A DNA stretch of 64,000 bases, from the NCBI GenBank assembly GCA_902461025.1, contig CABPWC010000001.1, forward strand, positions 1,258 through 65,257. Direction: 5' to 3'. Origin of the DNA: an uncultured Streptococcus sp. (GTDB lineage: Bacteria; Bacillota; Bacilli; Lactobacillales; Streptococcaceae). The notes below the pieces were generated by a model. The model made no database searches. It saw nothing but the letters and a program-made list of their open reading frames with translations, and was not told the DNA's origin. Positions 14,200-25,792 of this stretch are shown here, piece after piece. The position numbers and the translations under genes are program-made. The first letter of the stretch is position 1, and each line of letters begins with the position of its first letter.

Positions 14200-14712
14200 T
14201 TAATAATGCATCAAAACTTTATAATCGTAATCTCCGATTGCCTCACGACCTTTTAGCTCATCAAGCTCAATCAAGAAGGCACAACCAGCTACGACACCTC
14301 CTAATTTCTCAATCATTTCGATTGTAGCCTTAACAGTACCACCTGTTGCCAAGAGGTCATCTACAATAAGAACACGTTGACCTGGTTTGATAGCATCTGC
14401 GTGCATGGTCAAAGTATCAACACCATATTCTTTTTCGTAGTCAGCTGAAATGACTTCGCGTGGCAATTTCCCTGGTTTACGAACAGGTGCAAAACCAATT
14501 CCCAACTCAAAAGCAACTGGACATCCAACAATAAATCCACGTGCTTCTGGTCCTACGATCATATCAATCTTTTTGTCAGTAGCATATTGAACAATTTCAC
14601 GAACAGCGTAGCTGTAGGCATTGCCGTTAGCCATCAAAGGGCTGATATCACGGAATGTAATTCCTTCTTGTGGATAATTTTCAATACTTGCAATGTAATC
14701 TTTTAAGTTCAT
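14200..14712 (-). CDS. apt: Adenine phosphoribosyltransferase
   Basis: [24 protein letters not shown]. Confidence 0.96.
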   Translation of the reverse strand: MNLKDYIASIENYPQEGITFRDISPLMANGNAYSYAVREIVQYATDKKIDMIVGPEARGFIVGCPVAFELGIGFAPVRKPGKLPREVISADYEKEYGVDTLTMHADAIKPGQRVLIVDDLLATGGTVKATIEMIEKLGGVVAGCAFLIELDELKGREAIGDYDYKVLMHY

Positions 14713-14851
14713 AGCGTTTCTTTCTTTTAAAGTTTTTACTCCCTATTATACCATAATTCCTAGAAAAGCAAAATAGAAAGAAGCCTTGAAACTTGGTCCA
14801 AGACTTCTCATTTTTTCTTCAATTGTTGCTAGCATTCGCTGAATGAAGTAC

Positions 14852-15445
14852 TTACTTCTTTTTGCTTTTAGAAGTTTGATTTCGTTGACGATTTTGTTGG
14901 ATGCGCCACTCTCGCTCAAAGTAAGACATGGTTTCAAATACTCTCTTTGGTAAGCCAACATCCAGCAAATAGATTGGGATTTTCAAAACGTTAGAATGTT
15001 TTGAACTTGTAAATCTACTTCGAAGACGATACCAGAAAAAGTTGGATTTTAAAACTTCCTTGTCATAAAACTGAACCTCAATCATATAAAAATCCCTTGC
15101 ATTTCTACTACCCTTAATTCTCGTGAGAGCAAACTGTTCTACCTGTCCCCAGGAATAAAACTGCCAGTCTTTCTTTGGATATGGTTTATAGAAAAATCCT
15201 TGAGCCGTACATTTCAAATACTCTTTATCAGAAAAAAGCAGTCGCAAACGTTGATACAAAATGAAGCCAACGATGATGATTAAGAAACCAATAAAGAGAA
15301 TTAAAGCCACCAATCCCATAGGTGGTTCTTCGGGATAGCTCAGCAAAAACGAAAGTATCCAAAGTAGAAGAGCCAACTCTAGTAGGTAAAGAATAAGGCT
15401 CAAGACGATTTTCTTACTACTCCATTTAATAATTGTTTCTTCCAT
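14852..15445 (-). CDS. Hypothetical two-TM membrane protein
   Basis: Two N-terminal hydrophobic helices, start overlaps the ABC-F stop. Confidence 0.7.
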   Translation of the reverse strand: MEETIIKWSSKKIVLSLILYLLELALLLWILSFLLSYPEEPPMGLVALILFIGFLIIIVGFILYQRLRLLFSDKEYLKCTAQGFFYKPYPKKDWQFYSWGQVEQFALTRIKGSRNARDFYMIEVQFYDKEVLKSNFFWYRLRSRFTSSKHSNVLKIPIYLLDVGLPKRVFETMSYFEREWRIQQNRQRNQTSKSKKK

Positions 15446-17313
15446 TATACTAACTCACTTAAATATTCATAGCGTTCATATTTTTCCAGCAAGTCTTCAT
15501 TTTTCTCGTCTAACTCTTTTTGAAGGGTAGCTAGTTTCCCAAAGTCAGAACCATTTGCTAGCATTTCTTCCTCTATAGAAGAGATGCGGTTTTCCAAGGC
15601 TTCGATGTCTCCTTCGATGCTTGCCCACTCCTGCTTTTCTTGGTAGGTCATCCGTTTCTTTTCTTCACGGACTTTGACGACTTTTTCCTTCTCAACTTTT
15701 TGACTTTGTGTTACTGCTTCTGCTTCAAAGGCCTTTTCATCTAGATAATCTGTATAATGGCCAAAGAAAGGACGGATGGTTCCATCTTCAAAAGCAAGAA
15801 TCTTAGTTGCAACCTTATCAAGGAAATAGCGGTCGTGACTAACTGTCAAGACTGGTCCTGCAAAACCTTGTAAGAAATTTTCTAGAACTGTTAAGGTCGC
15901 AATGTCTAGGTCATTTGTCGGTTCATCTAAGAGAAGCACATTGGGTTTTTCAAGGAGTAATTTGAGGAGGTACAGACGCTTCTTCTCTCCACCTGACAGC
16001 TTCTCAATCAAGGTACCGTGCGTTGAACGAGGGAAAAGAAATTGTTCCAGTAATTCTGCAATGGATGTCGTAGAGCCACCGCTCGTCTTAACTTCTTCTG
16101 CCACTTCCTGCAGGTAATTGATAACCCGCTTACTTTCATCTAAACCTTCGATTTGTTGAGAGAAATAAGCAATACGAACTGTTTCACCGATGATAACTTG
16201 TCCTTCAGTAGCTTCAAGTCTTCCTGCAATAAGATTAAGAAGGGTTGACTTCCCGACACCATTGTCCCCGACGATTCCGATACGGTCTTTGGCTTGTACC
16301 AAAAGATTAAAATGCTGCAGAATCGGTTTATCGTCATAGGCAAAGGAAACATCCTTAAACTCGATAACTTTTTTACCGATACGGCTAGTTTCAAAATTCA
16401 TGCTCAAGTCTGTCTCAAGGCTAGTATCTGAAACTTCCTTTTTCAAGTCATGGAATCGATTGATACGAGCTTGTTGCTTGGTCGCACGAGCTTGAGGTTG
16501 CCGTCTCATCCAAGCTAATTCTTGTTTGTAAAGTTGTTCCTTTTTGTGAAGAAGAGCTGCGTCACGCTCATCCTGTTCAGCCTTGAGACGGACATAATCT
16601 TGGTAATTCCCCTGATACTCTGTTAATCCACCTCTATCCAATTCAAAAATTCGCGTAGAAAGAGCATCTAGGAAATAACGATCGTGGGTGATGAAGAGGA
16701 CAGTCTTCTTGGAATTCTTCAAGAAAAGTGTCAGCCACTCGATGGTCGCAATATCCAGATGGTTGGTTGGCTCATCAAGAAGCAAGAGATCATGATTTCC
16801 TAAAAGCACTTGCGCCAATTGAACCCGTCTACGAAGACCACCCGACAAAGCTCCAACCGGAGTCGATAATTCTTGAATGCCTAGTTTACTGAGAACAGTC
16901 TTGACCTGACTTTCGATTTCCCATGCTTGGAGAGAATCCATCTCCGCCATGACCCGTTCTAGACGCGCCTGCTTGTCCTCACTGTAGTTGAGCATAAGCA
17001 GTTCATACTCCCGAATCAACTGGATTTCCTTGAGGTCACTGGATAAAACAGTATCCAAGACAGTCTTACTATCATCAAAATCAGGATTTTGAGTCAGATA
17101 GCCAATCTTGTAATCACTCTTTGCTGAAAAAGGGCTAATATCGCCATCAAAACCTGAAACACCTGAAAGAACATCTAGAAGGGTCGTTTTCCCAGTTCCG
17201 TTGACACCGATAAGACCGATACGATCCAAGTCGTGGATGATAAAGGAAATATCCTTAAAGACAGTCTTGTCACCAACGGATTTGCTTAGTTTTTCAACGA
17301 TAAAATCACTCAT
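15445..17313 (-). CDS. ABC-F family ATPase (Uup/YfmR-like)
   Basis: Two Walker A/LSGG/DEPTN sets, C-terminal coiled coil, no TM. Confidence 0.9.
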   Translation of the reverse strand: MSDFIVEKLSKSVGDKTVFKDISFIIHDLDRIGLIGVNGTGKTTLLDVLSGVSGFDGDISPFSAKSDYKIGYLTQNPDFDDSKTVLDTVLSSDLKEIQLIREYELLMLNYSEDKQARLERVMAEMDSLQAWEIESQVKTVLSKLGIQELSTPVGALSGGLRRRVQLAQVLLGNHDLLLLDEPTNHLDIATIEWLTLFLKNSKKTVLFITHDRYFLDALSTRIFELDRGGLTEYQGNYQDYVRLKAEQDERDAALLHKKEQLYKQELAWMRRQPQARATKQQARINRFHDLKKEVSDTSLETDLSMNFETSRIGKKVIEFKDVSFAYDDKPILQHFNLLVQAKDRIGIVGDNGVGKSTLLNLIAGRLEATEGQVIIGETVRIAYFSQQIEGLDESKRVINYLQEVAEEVKTSGGSTTSIAELLEQFLFPRSTHGTLIEKLSGGEKKRLYLLKLLLEKPNVLLLDEPTNDLDIATLTVLENFLQGFAGPVLTVSHDRYFLDKVATKILAFEDGTIRPFFGHYTDYLDEKAFEAEAVTQSQKVEKEKVVKVREEKKRMTYQEKQEWASIEGDIEALENRISSIEEEMLANGSDFGKLATLQKELDEKNEDLLEKYERYEYLSELV

Positions 17314-18509
17314 TTTCTCTCCCTTAAGTATGCATGAATGGCTTCCACTTCATTATCTAGATTACCATCCACAATAGCATACTCAATTTCCTCTAGAACA
17401 GCTCCTAATTCTGGACCTGGATGATAGCCATATTCCTTGATCAGAATGCCACCATTAATTTGCATCTCTTTCTTATCATGAATGGTCAAGCTCTCGTAGG
17501 TTTCTGTGATAGCTTGCGGATTGACTTCTTTTCCTTGAGCTCGGCGAAGATTTTCAGCCTGTAAAAGCAAATTTAGATCAAAACGGTAACAATCACGTTT
17601 ACTTAATTCTCCCTCATCTCGAAGAAACAAGATACTCAATAAATCCTGTACTTGCTTAGCAAATTGACGTGAAGTCTTCCAATGTTTCAAAAATTGCTGA
17701 GCATCTTTCACTTCTAAAGCCCATAAAAGTGCTGTCCAAGCTTGTTCAGATGATTCAAAGGTGAAATCATCTTCTAAGTCAAATAAAGACTGGAGTTTGT
17801 CCTGACTACCTGCCATATCTGGAAGATAATCATAAGCTTTACTTGCAATCATAGAAGATAAACCTACTCGCCAATGAGGGGCTAGCAGAAGCTTGTCAAA
17901 TTCGACAAACGTACGCTCCACAGAGATTTTTTCTAAGAGTGGCGTTAAGGTCTTCATCGCTTCAAACGTTTCTTGCTCAAGTTCAAAACCAAGACTAGCT
18001 TGGAAACGAAATCCACGCATGATGCGTAGAGCATCTTCATTAAAACGTTCACTAGCTACACCAACTGCACGTAGAACTTGATTTTCTAAATCTTGTAAAC
18101 CATCAAATAAATCAACGATTTCCCCTGCTTCATCCAAGGCAAAGGCATTGACTGTGAAATCTCGGCGCTTGAGATCTTCTTCGAGTGAACGAACAAAAGA
18201 AACTGAACTTGGTCTACGATAGTCTACATAAATATCTTCTGTTCGAAAAGTAGTTACTTCGTACTCTTCATCTCCATCTAAAACCAAGACAGTTCCATGC
18301 TCAATGCCAATATCAGCTGTCCGTGGAAAAATCTGCTTGGTTTCTTCTGGATAGGAGGACGTCGCGATGTCCACATCATGAATGGTACGATTTAGCAGGG
18401 CGTCCCTAACGGATCCACCAACAAAATAAGCCTCAAATCCTGCTTCTTTAATTTTTTCTAATACTGGTAAAGCCTTCTGAAATTCAGAAGGCATTTTTGT
18501 TAATTTCAT
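17310..18509 (-). CDS. cca: CCA-adding tRNA nucleotidyltransferase
   Basis: [26 protein letters not shown]. Confidence 0.95.
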   Translation of the reverse strand: MKLTKMPSEFQKALPVLEKIKEAGFEAYFVGGSVRDALLNRTIHDVDIATSSYPEETKQIFPRTADIGIEHGTVLVLDGDEEYEVTTFRTEDIYVDYRRPSSVSFVRSLEEDLKRRDFTVNAFALDEAGEIVDLFDGLQDLENQVLRAVGVASERFNEDALRIMRGFRFQASLGFELEQETFEAMKTLTPLLEKISVERTFVEFDKLLLAPHWRVGLSSMIASKAYDYLPDMAGSQDKLQSLFDLEDDFTFESSEQAWTALLWALEVKDAQQFLKHWKTSRQFAKQVQDLLSILFLRDEGELSKRDCYRFDLNLLLQAENLRRAQGKEVNPQAITETYESLTIHDKKEMQINGGILIKEYGYHPGPELGAVLEEIEYAIVDGNLDNEVEAIHAYLRERK

Positions 18510-19273
18510 AGTAAGTGTTCTAATCCATAGACAAGCTCATGACGCTTGACAACTTCTTTGATTCCCAAATTCACCCCTGTCATGAAGGAGCTACGATCAT
18601 AGGAGTCATGACGCAGGGTCAATCCTTCTCCTTGATTTCCAAAAATGACCTCTTGATGAGCTACCAAACCTGGTAAACGAACTGAGTGGATACGCATACC
18701 ATCAAAGTTAGCTCCACGTGCTCCTGCAATGAGTTCTTCCTCATCGCTAGCACCTTGTTGAATAGACTCACGAACTTGTGCCATCAACTCAGCTGTTTTG
18801 ATAGCTGTCCCGCTTGGAGCATCTTTTTTCTTGTCATGGTGAAGTTCAATAATCTCCACGTTTGGGAAGTATTTAGCTGCCTGTGCTGCAAATTGCATCA
18901 GTAAGACAGCACCTAAGGCAAAATTGGGAGCAATTAGGCCACCCAAGCCTTTGGAACGAGACAATTCTTTTAATTCTTCGATTTCTTGACTGGTGAAACC
19001 TGTCGTTCCTACTACTGGAGCAAAGCCATTTTCAAGAGCAAAGCGTGTATTCTCATAGGCGACAGCTGGTGTAGTAAAGTCTACCCAAACATGGGCATCA
19101 AAGCCCGCTAAGTCATTTTTATCATTGAATACTGGAATTCCTTGCCATTCAGATGCAGACTCAAAAGGATCCAAAACAGCTACTAGTTCAAGTTCAGGAT
19201 CAGACAAAACCATCTGACAAGCAGATTGGCCCATTCTTCCCTTAAAACCAGCAATAATCACTCGAATACTCAT
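18506..19273 (-). CDS. dapB: 4-hydroxy-tetrahydrodipicolinate reductase
   Basis: [22 protein letters not shown]. Confidence 0.95.
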   Translation of the reverse strand: MSIRVIIAGFKGRMGQSACQMVLSDPELELVAVLDPFESASEWQGIPVFNDKNDLAGFDAHVWVDFTTPAVAYENTRFALENGFAPVVGTTGFTSQEIEELKELSRSKGLGGLIAPNFALGAVLLMQFAAQAAKYFPNVEIIELHHDKKKDAPSGTAIKTAELMAQVRESIQQGASDEEELIAGARGANFDGMRIHSVRLPGLVAHQEVIFGNQGEGLTLRHDSYDRSSFMTGVNLGIKEVVKRHELVYGLEHLL

Positions 19274-19286
19274 CTTTACTCCTATT

Positions 19287-19410
19287 TAAGATACAAAGCC
19301 TGTAAGAACACAAAGTGAAAATAGGAGTTCTGATCAAGGAGTTTCTTCTCCTTGGAAGAACTATCTTTTTCACATAGGGTTCCAGGCGTGTTCAATTCTA
19401 AGATACAAAG
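19287..19410. repeat. Palindromic interspersed repeat element with 12-bp flanking direct repeat
   Basis: TAAGATACAAAG at 19287-19298 and 19399-19410; nested inverted repeats GAACAC/GTGTTC, GTGAAAA/TTTTCAC, AGTTCT/AGAACT, CAAGGAG/CTCCTTG. Confidence 0.7.
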
Positions 19411-19435
19411 GACGTTAGCTGCCCACATTACGAAA

Positions 19436-20284
19436 CTATACAATTGGAGTGTAGCTCAGAGCGATACTACCTTCTCCAAGGTGAGTCCCGATGACACTAC
19501 CGAAGGTTGCAATTGAAATGTCTGTAGCTACTCCGCCGTCTAACAAAAGCTGAAGTAAATCAGCTGCTTTTTGAGGAGCATTCCCATGAATTACAGTAAT
19601 CTGATAATTTCCATTACTTGTTACTTCTTTGACAATTTCAACCAAACGTTTTGTTGCTTTCTTCTCTGTACGAACCTTCTCATAAACTTCGATAACACCT
19701 TGGTCATTGAAATAGAGGATTGGTTTAATGCTAAGAAGATTCCCTAAAATAGCTGCGCCATTTGATAAACGACCACCTTTAACCAGATGATCAAGGTCAT
19801 CTACCATGATAAAGGCAGAAGTATTTTCAATCTGTTCTGTTAACTTATCTAGTATAGACTGGAAATCATTTCCCTGCTCAGACCATTGAAACACACTTTC
19901 CACCATGAATCCTAGTGGTGCACTTGTAATTCGAGTATCAGGAAAAGCAATGGTTAGACTTTCGAACTCATCCGTCATATACTGGATATTCTGGTGAAAT
20001 CCTGAGATTCCAGAAGAAAGGAAGAGACCCAAAACATGAGTATAGCCCTTTTCTTTTAATGTTGATAAAATTTCATCCAACTTTGCAATACTTGGTTGAC
20101 TTGTTTTAGGTAGTTCAGATGAACGAGCCATTTTTTCATAAAATTCTTGAGCGGTTAGATTTACACCTTCAACATACTCCTGTCCGTCGATATTCACAGG
20201 AATGTCAAGCACAAATAAATCTTCTTTCCGCAAGGTTTCCGCTTGTAGAAAAGCAGATGAGTCTGTTATGACCGCTAATTTCAT
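19436..20284 (-). CDS. DegV/FakB fatty-acid-binding protein
   Basis: ITDSS, PKTSQPS, LSSGISG, KGGRLS, IGTHLG. Confidence 0.9.
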   Translation of the reverse strand: MKLAVITDSSAFLQAETLRKEDLFVLDIPVNIDGQEYVEGVNLTAQEFYEKMARSSELPKTSQPSIAKLDEILSTLKEKGYTHVLGLFLSSGISGFHQNIQYMTDEFESLTIAFPDTRITSAPLGFMVESVFQWSEQGNDFQSILDKLTEQIENTSAFIMVDDLDHLVKGGRLSNGAAILGNLLSIKPILYFNDQGVIEVYEKVRTEKKATKRLVEIVKEVTSNGNYQITVIHGNAPQKAADLLQLLLDGGVATDISIATFGSVIGTHLGEGSIALSYTPIV

Positions 20285-20288
20285 TTTT

Positions 20289-20675
20289 TTAAAACTCCAA
20301 ATTAATTCCTGGTAAGTCTAATGCAATTTCCGTTACTTCATAAGTCAAACGGTTTAGCATATCCAAAGAAGGACGAGCAAGCGTCTCAACTTCTTCTTGA
20401 CTAAAGTCACTTGGTTGATCTACGATACGACCTTCAACGTGGTTGACTTGAGAAATCGTACCACTGATAACAAATTTATCAAAGACAATCATAAAGCTCA
20501 AAACAACTACGAGAGAAGTCACCTGATTTTCTTGGTCATGTTGAAGTAGTTGGAAGTTCACATCAACCTTTGTTTCAGGAATTCCGTTCTCATTTTCCCA
20601 TTCAAAGTTACGAGCATCAAAGTGATACTGACTTACAAATTCTTGTTCACGTTTTAAATTCATCATATTCTCCAT
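20289..20675 (-). CDS. DUF1149 family protein
   Basis: [12 protein letters not shown] and [20 protein letters not shown]; conserved synteny. Confidence 0.75.
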   Translation of the reverse strand: MENMMNLKREQEFVSQYHFDARNFEWENENGIPETKVDVNFQLLQHDQENQVTSLVVVLSFMIVFDKFVISGTISQVNHVEGRIVDQPSDFSQEEVETLARPSLDMLNRLTYEVTEIALDLPGINLEF

Positions 20676-20729
20676 GGTTACAATTTACTTTGACATTGTA
20701 ACATATTTTCTTATTTTCTGCTAACTTTC

Positions 20730-22079
20730 CTAAATTCCGATTTCTGCTTTCACAACTTCAGCAATGGTATCCACATAGTAATCTACTTCTTCAGTTGTTG
20801 GTGCTTCAGCCATGACTCGCAAGAGTGGCTCAGTTCCACTTGGGCGAACGAGAATACGTCCGTTACCTGCCATCTCTTCTTCCATCTTATCGATAATAGC
20901 CTTGATAGCTGGTACTTCCATGGCTTTGTCTTTCATAGTGTTTTCCACACGGATATTAACCAATTTTTGTGGGTAAATTGTTACTTCTGAAGCCAATTGA
21001 GATAAGCTCTTACCTGTTTCTTGCATGATCTTAGTCAATTGAACTGCTGACAACTGACCATCACCAGTTGTATTGTAGTCCATCAAGATAACGTGACCTG
21101 ACTGTTCTCCACCGAGATTGTAGCCTGATTTTCTCATTTCTTCAACTACATAGCGGTCACCAACAGCAGTGACAGATTTATTAATGCCTTCACGATCCAA
21201 GGCTTTATGGAAACCAAGGTTGGACATAACTGTTGTTACAATTGTGTTTTGTGCCAATTGACCTTTTTCAGAAAGGTATTTACCGATGATATACATAATC
21301 TTATCACCGTCGACAATCTCACCATTTTCATCTACTGCAATCAAACGATCGCTGTCCCCATCAAAGGCTAAACCAATGGCAGATTGACTTTCTTTTACAA
21401 GTTCTTGCAAGGCTTCTGGATGAGTCGAACCAACATTCAAGTTAATGTTCAAACCATCTGGAGTTTCTCCAATGACAGTGATTTGAGCACCCAAATCTGC
21501 AAAAATTTGACGAGCACTTGTAGAAGCTGCTCCATTTGCAGTATCCAAGGCTACCTTCATCCCTTCAAGAGCTGTTCCAGTTGAAACCAGGTAGGCTTCA
21601 TACTTGCGTAATCCTTCTGGGTAATCAACAACAGTACCTAATCCTTCAGCACTTGGACGTGGGAGAGTATCTTCACTGGCGTCAAGCAAGGCTTCGATTT
21701 CTGCTTCTTTGTCATCGTCTAGCTTAAAGCCATCTCCACCAAAGAATTTAATCCCGTTATCAAGGGCTGGGTTGTGGCTAGCTGAAATCATGACACCTGC
21801 GCTCGCTCCTTCAGTTTTCACCAAATATGCTACTGCAGGTGTAGCAAGTACACCAAGTTTATAAACGTGAATTCCGACTGAAAGGAGGCCAGCAATCAAA
21901 GCTGCTTCTAGCATTTGACCTGAGATACGAGTGTCACGTCCAACAAAAACCTTAGGCGCTTCTGTCGCATGTTGACTGAGGACATATCCTCCAAAGCGAC
22001 CCAATTTAAAGGCCAATTCTGGCGTTAATTCTACGTTTGCTTCTCCACGGACTCCGTCCGTTCCAAAATATTTACCCAT
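20730..22079 (-). CDS. glmM: Phosphoglucosamine mutase
   Basis: [28 protein letters not shown]. Confidence 0.97.
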   Translation of the reverse strand: MGKYFGTDGVRGEANVELTPELAFKLGRFGGYVLSQHATEAPKVFVGRDTRISGQMLEAALIAGLLSVGIHVYKLGVLATPAVAYLVKTEGASAGVMISASHNPALDNGIKFFGGDGFKLDDDKEAEIEALLDASEDTLPRPSAEGLGTVVDYPEGLRKYEAYLVSTGTALEGMKVALDTANGAASTSARQIFADLGAQITVIGETPDGLNINLNVGSTHPEALQELVKESQSAIGLAFDGDSDRLIAVDENGEIVDGDKIMYIIGKYLSEKGQLAQNTIVTTVMSNLGFHKALDREGINKSVTAVGDRYVVEEMRKSGYNLGGEQSGHVILMDYNTTGDGQLSAVQLTKIMQETGKSLSQLASEVTIYPQKLVNIRVENTMKDKAMEVPAIKAIIDKMEEEMAGNGRILVRPSGTEPLLRVMAEAPTTEEVDYYVDTIAEVVKAEIGI

Positions 22080-22111
22080 TTTAAGATTCCTTTTCTAGTT
22101 TAATGTTTATT

Positions 22112-22891
22112 TTAAGATTCTGACTTCGTTTCTGCTGCTGTCGTTGAAGAGTTTTCGGTAGACGAACCATTACTTGTTGAGGTTGTACTACTTGTTGTTC
22201 TTACAGCTTTGGTCGTTACTTTCATAGTAGTTTCAAAAGGTGTAATCACTGTTGGTAAGACAGCTCCATTTTTATCAACAGCTTGCAAAGGAACTGATCC
22301 AGAATAGTTCCCTGTAATCTGTTCACTCGTTGGTAAAACTGCAACAATCCGATCAATCTTAGATAGTGTATCCGCATCGCTAGTTACTGAAACTTTTTCA
22401 TCAGAAACAGTCACACGTTCGATTATAATCTTCTCATCAATTTGACTAGAATCAATTTGAGGTACAACAGGTACATTATCCCTAGTAACTTTCTTACCAA
22501 TCTTGACTGTGATCTTTTGTGGTGTTGCTACAGCTGTCAAACCACTTGGAAGATTTTCAATGGTCAATGGAACTTCAATCGTTCCTTCTGTAGCCTGGGT
22601 CAAATCAGCAGTCACTTTAAATTTACGAGTGCTTTCCTGCATCTCACTAGCCAAGGCCACCCGATTTGAACCCGTTAGAAACACTGTCACTTCTGAGCTG
22701 AAACCACTGATAAAATATTGCTCACTATCATACTGAATATCAATCGGTACATTGACTACTGTATTGGTATAGGTTTCAGTTTTAGTTTGTCTTGCGTTGG
22801 TATTGTTTTGATAATTGATTGATGTTGCATAGATAAACAGGACACACGCAAAGAGGAGTGAGGAGATGATATAAAGACTATTTCTTTTCAT
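22112..22891 (-). CDS. cdaR: YbbR/CdaR family protein
   Basis: N-terminal TM, YbbR-like repeats, position between cdaA and glmM. Confidence 0.85.
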   Translation of the reverse strand: MKRNSLYIISSLLFACVLFIYATSINYQNNTNARQTKTETYTNTVVNVPIDIQYDSEQYFISGFSSEVTVFLTGSNRVALASEMQESTRKFKVTADLTQATEGTIEVPLTIENLPSGLTAVATPQKITVKIGKKVTRDNVPVVPQIDSSQIDEKIIIERVTVSDEKVSVTSDADTLSKIDRIVAVLPTSEQITGNYSGSVPLQAVDKNGAVLPTVITPFETTMKVTTKAVRTTSSTTSTSNGSSTENSSTTAAETKSES

Positions 22892-23735
22892 TATTCCAGC
22901 CTCCTAATAGACGTTCTTTTAAGCTTAGTTCTTGTTCATCCTTAGGTATCAGAATACGACGTAGTTCTTCCTCGAATTCTTCCAAACTTAGATCATGTTT
23001 GAAGACACCGTTATAGGTGATGGATATACCTCCAGTTTCTTCTGATACAACAAAAGTAAGGGCATCTGAAACTTCTGATAAACCAATGGCTGCACGGTGA
23101 CGAGTTCCGAACTCTTTGGAAATACCTGTGTTTTCAGTCAGTGGTAAATAGGCAGAAGTTACTGCAATCCGATCTCCACTGATAATGACTGCACCGTCAT
23201 GGAGAGGCGTATTAGGAATAAAGATGTTAATTAATAACTCAGCAGAAATCTTAGCATCCAAAGGAATTCCTGTAACGATGTACTCCTGCAAGGTTCTCAC
23301 ACGTTGAACAGCTACCAAAGCTCCAATCTTTCGCGGGCTCATATACTCAACCGATTTTACAAAAGCCTGTACCATCTGCTCTTCTGAACTCATAGGAGTA
23401 TTTGAAAAGAAGTCCGTAGCTCGACCTAATCGTTCCAAACCTGTCCGAATTTCTGGAGAAAAGATAACAACAGCTGCGATAACTCCATAGGTAATCAATT
23501 GGTTAATCAACCAGGAAATAGTCGTCAAGCCCAAAAAATTAGCCGCAATCTGAGCTAAGATAAAAACTAAAACGCCTCGAACCAGAATCATAATCTTAGT
23601 TCCTGCAATTGATTTTGTAAATTGATATAAGATATAAGCGACGATTAGAATATCAATCACATTTATCGCAATACTCCAAGGACTGGAAAACAAACTAGAC
23701 CAGTATTGAAGATTAGATAATTGCTGAAAATTCAT
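22878..23735 (-). CDS. cdaA: Diadenylate cyclase
   Basis: Three TM helices, PLHDGA and GTRHRAA; start moved to MNFQQ behind a strong RBS. Confidence 0.93.
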   Translation of the reverse strand: MNFQQLSNLQYWSSLFSSPWSIAINVIDILIVAYILYQFTKSIAGTKIMILVRGVLVFILAQIAANFLGLTTISWLINQLITYGVIAAVVIFSPEIRTGLERLGRATDFFSNTPMSSEEQMVQAFVKSVEYMSPRKIGALVAVQRVRTLQEYIVTGIPLDAKISAELLINIFIPNTPLHDGAVIISGDRIAVTSAYLPLTENTGISKEFGTRHRAAIGLSEVSDALTFVVSEETGGISITYNGVFKHDLSLEEFEEELRRILIPKDEQELSLKERLLGGWNNEKK

Positions 23736-23867
23736 CCTGTGTCCCCTCTCCAAAAAAGCTTCTCTTCATTATACCATTTTTAATGGAAATTTTCTCCCCC
23801 CTACCTCATTTTAAATTGGCAGAAAATATGATAGAATAAAATGATAAAAATGAAATAAGGAGAAACC

Positions 23868-24836
23868 ATGTCTGAATTATATGATATTACCATCATAGGG
23901 GGTGGCCCAGTTGGTCTTTTCGCAGCCTTTTATGCAAATCTACGTCAAGCTAAAGTACAAATCATTGACTCTCTTCCTCAATTAGGTGGCCAACCTGCCA
24001 TTCTTTATCCTGAAAAACAAATTCTTGATGTCCCAGGTTTCCCGAATCTCACTGGTGAAGAATTAACGAATCGCCTCTTAGAACAACTAAAAGGTTTTGA
24101 TACACCAGCACATCTCAATGAAACTGTTCTTGACATTGAAAAAGAGAATGATGTATTTAAGATAACAACTACTAAAGGTATTCATAGTAGTAAAGCTGTC
24201 ATTATCGCTATGGGTGGAGGTGCCTTTAAACCACGTCCACTTGAATTGGATGGTGTTGATAGTTATGAAAATATCCATTACCACGTTTCTAACATTCAAC
24301 AATATGCTGGCAAGAAAGTAACCATCCTGGGTGGAGGAGACTCTGCTGTGGATTGGGCCTTAGCTTTTGAAAAGATTGCGCCAACTACACTTGTTCACCG
24401 TCGAGATAACTTCCGTGCGCTTGAACATAGTGTCCAAGCCCTTCAAGAATCATCTGTTAGCATCAAAACACCATTTGTACCAAGTCAACTTCTTGGAGAT
24501 GGAAAAACTCTTGACAAGCTTGAAATCACAAAAGTCAAATCCGATGAGACCGAAACTATTGAACTCGACCACCTCTTTGTCAACTATGGCTTCAAATCAT
24601 CAGTTGGTAATCTTAAAAACTGGGGACTTGACCTTAACCGTCACAAAATTATCGTTAATAGCAAGCAGGAGTCAAGCCAAGCTGGAATTTACGCTATTGG
24701 TGACTGCTGCTACTATGAAGGTAAGATTGACTTGATTGCAACAGGTCTTGGTGAAGCTCCAACAGCTGTTAACAATGCCATTAACTACATCGACCCTCAA
24801 CAAAAAGTGCAACCAAAACACTCTACTAGTCTATAA
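23868..24836 (+). CDS. Ferredoxin-NADP+ reductase, YumC/TrxB-like
   Basis: IGGGPVG, GGGDSAVD, GD motifs; lacks the CxxC of true TrxB. Confidence 0.85.
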   Translation: MSELYDITIIGGGPVGLFAAFYANLRQAKVQIIDSLPQLGGQPAILYPEKQILDVPGFPNLTGEELTNRLLEQLKGFDTPAHLNETVLDIEKENDVFKITTTKGIHSSKAVIIAMGGGAFKPRPLELDGVDSYENIHYHVSNIQQYAGKKVTILGGGDSAVDWALAFEKIAPTTLVHRRDNFRALEHSVQALQESSVSIKTPFVPSQLLGDGKTLDKLEITKVKSDETETIELDHLFVNYGFKSSVGNLKNWGLDLNRHKIIVNSKQESSQAGIYAIGDCCYYEGKIDLIATGLGEAPTAVNNAINYIDPQQKVQPKHSTSL

Positions 24837-24839
24837 GAA

Positions 24840-24869
24840 AAAACCACGAATCCTAGGATTCGTGGTTTT
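24840..24869. terminator. Intrinsic terminator (perfect 30-bp palindrome)
   Basis: AAAACCACGAATCCTAGGATTCGTGGTTTT. Confidence 0.85.
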
Positions 24870-24871
24870 AA

Positions 24872-25226
24872 AGTTCTTGAGCACTTTGATGCAATCTTTC
24901 TGGTCTTGTATATCGTATTTATCTTTAGTATTGGTCAGCTTGATTATGTTCTCAGTTGCTTTCTGATTGCCTTTTACAGCTTGCTGAAAGATTGCAAAGG
25001 CTAGTAACGCCTCATTGTTGCCAGCCATACCTATTTCTTCAAGTTGTTTCTTGATTTTACTATCCGTCACATCCGAAGATAAGAGGGTTTCAAATGCTTT
25101 TTTAGATCAGCTTTTTCTCTTCTAGCTACGCTAGACGCTTTGCCTCCTTTTGAGCTAATAGCTCTTATTTAATCTTTGCTTCGTTCTGTAACTGGTTTTA
25201 AATTTTTAATCCCATCTCTAGATAAT
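24872..25226 (-). pseudogene. Decayed phage gene (KGG-motif, putative small-terminase-like), outside the att sites
   Basis: Reconstruction SRDGIKNLKPVTERSKD*IRAISSKGGKASSVARREKADLKK/AFETLLSSDVTDSKIKKQLEE...; in-frame TAA at 25169-25171, frameshift in an A-run near 25100, RBS AAAGGAGGGTG with no valid start codon. Confidence 0.65.
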
Positions 25227-25306
25227 TTTCACCCTCCTTTCAAACAAAAAAATCACAAGCATTTTATACTTATGATTTCATTGTATATGGTAAAAAGAGG
25301 GTATGT

Positions 25307-25537
25307 TTACGCTATTCCTAACAACTTTTCAATTTTATTGAGCAAATCTCTATATTTTGTGTTGTCACTTTCATTATTGACAAGATATTCGTTTGCGACA
25401 ATATTTAATGATTGATATAACCCGCCCATAATTCCGGATTGTTTCTCAGTCAGTTCAATCTTCTTAGCGTATTCATCATAATACATCTTGCAATTCTCAT
25501 ATATACGCTCATTCAACTTATTATAAAGATTAGTCAT
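25307..25537 (-). CDS. Hypothetical protein in the phage scar
   Basis: 76-aa AT-rich ORF directly downstream of the left att core. Confidence 0.5.
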   Translation of the reverse strand: MTNLYNKLNERIYENCKMYYDEYAKKIELTEKQSGIMGGLYQSLNIVANEYLVNNESDNTKYRDLLNKIEKLLGIA

Positions 25538-25554
25538 TTTCTATTGTACCTATC

Positions 25555-25568
25555 TATAGTTCATCTGC
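25555..25568. repeat. att core, lysin-side copy
   Basis: TATAGTTCATCTGC, identical to 63588-63601; encodes the whiA C-terminus ADEL and a TAG stop. Confidence 0.9.
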
Positions 25569-25680
25569 TTTTAAAAATACCATTACATATATTTACATCA
25601 AATTCCTATATCTTATAAAATCGCTACATTTTCAGCTTTAAAATAATTGTTTTTACATCGTTTTACATAAATTTCCGACA

Positions 25681-25702
25681 TTTTTGCCCCTTTTTTGCCC
25701 CT
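25681..25702. repeat. Putative integrase arm-type sites
   Basis: Tandem TTTTTGCCCCT x2; TGCCCCT x2 with the same 11-bp period at 63503-63520. Confidence 0.7.
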
Positions 25703-25732
25703 TATTTTTTCAAAAAAACTTTATAAAAACGC

Positions 25733-25761
25733 TTGACTTTCTCGGTGTACCGTGATATAAT
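25733..25761 (+). promoter_or_regulatory. Strong sigma-A promoter with palindromic operator in the spacer
   Basis: TTGACT-17 bp-TATAAT with TG extension; TCTCGGT-GT-ACCGTGA at 25740-25755. Confidence 0.85.
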
Positions 25762-25792
25762 ATAATCAAGATAAGGAAAGGGGGTGAGGAAA

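Noticed and set aside
14746..14961. 71-aa minus-strand ORF upstream of apt
   Set aside because: Overlaps the neighbouring gene out of frame and runs through a terminator-like hairpin and the apt promoter
20677..20702. GTTACAAT-N10-ATTGTAAC palindrome upstream of the DUF1149-degV genes as a FabT or other operator
   Set aside because: Only a half match to the FabT motif as I recall it, and one arm is simply the -10 element; cannot assign
24831..25070. 79-aa ORF treated as an intact gene
   Set aside because: It is the distal fragment of the frameshifted pseudogene, and its tail reads through the host terminator
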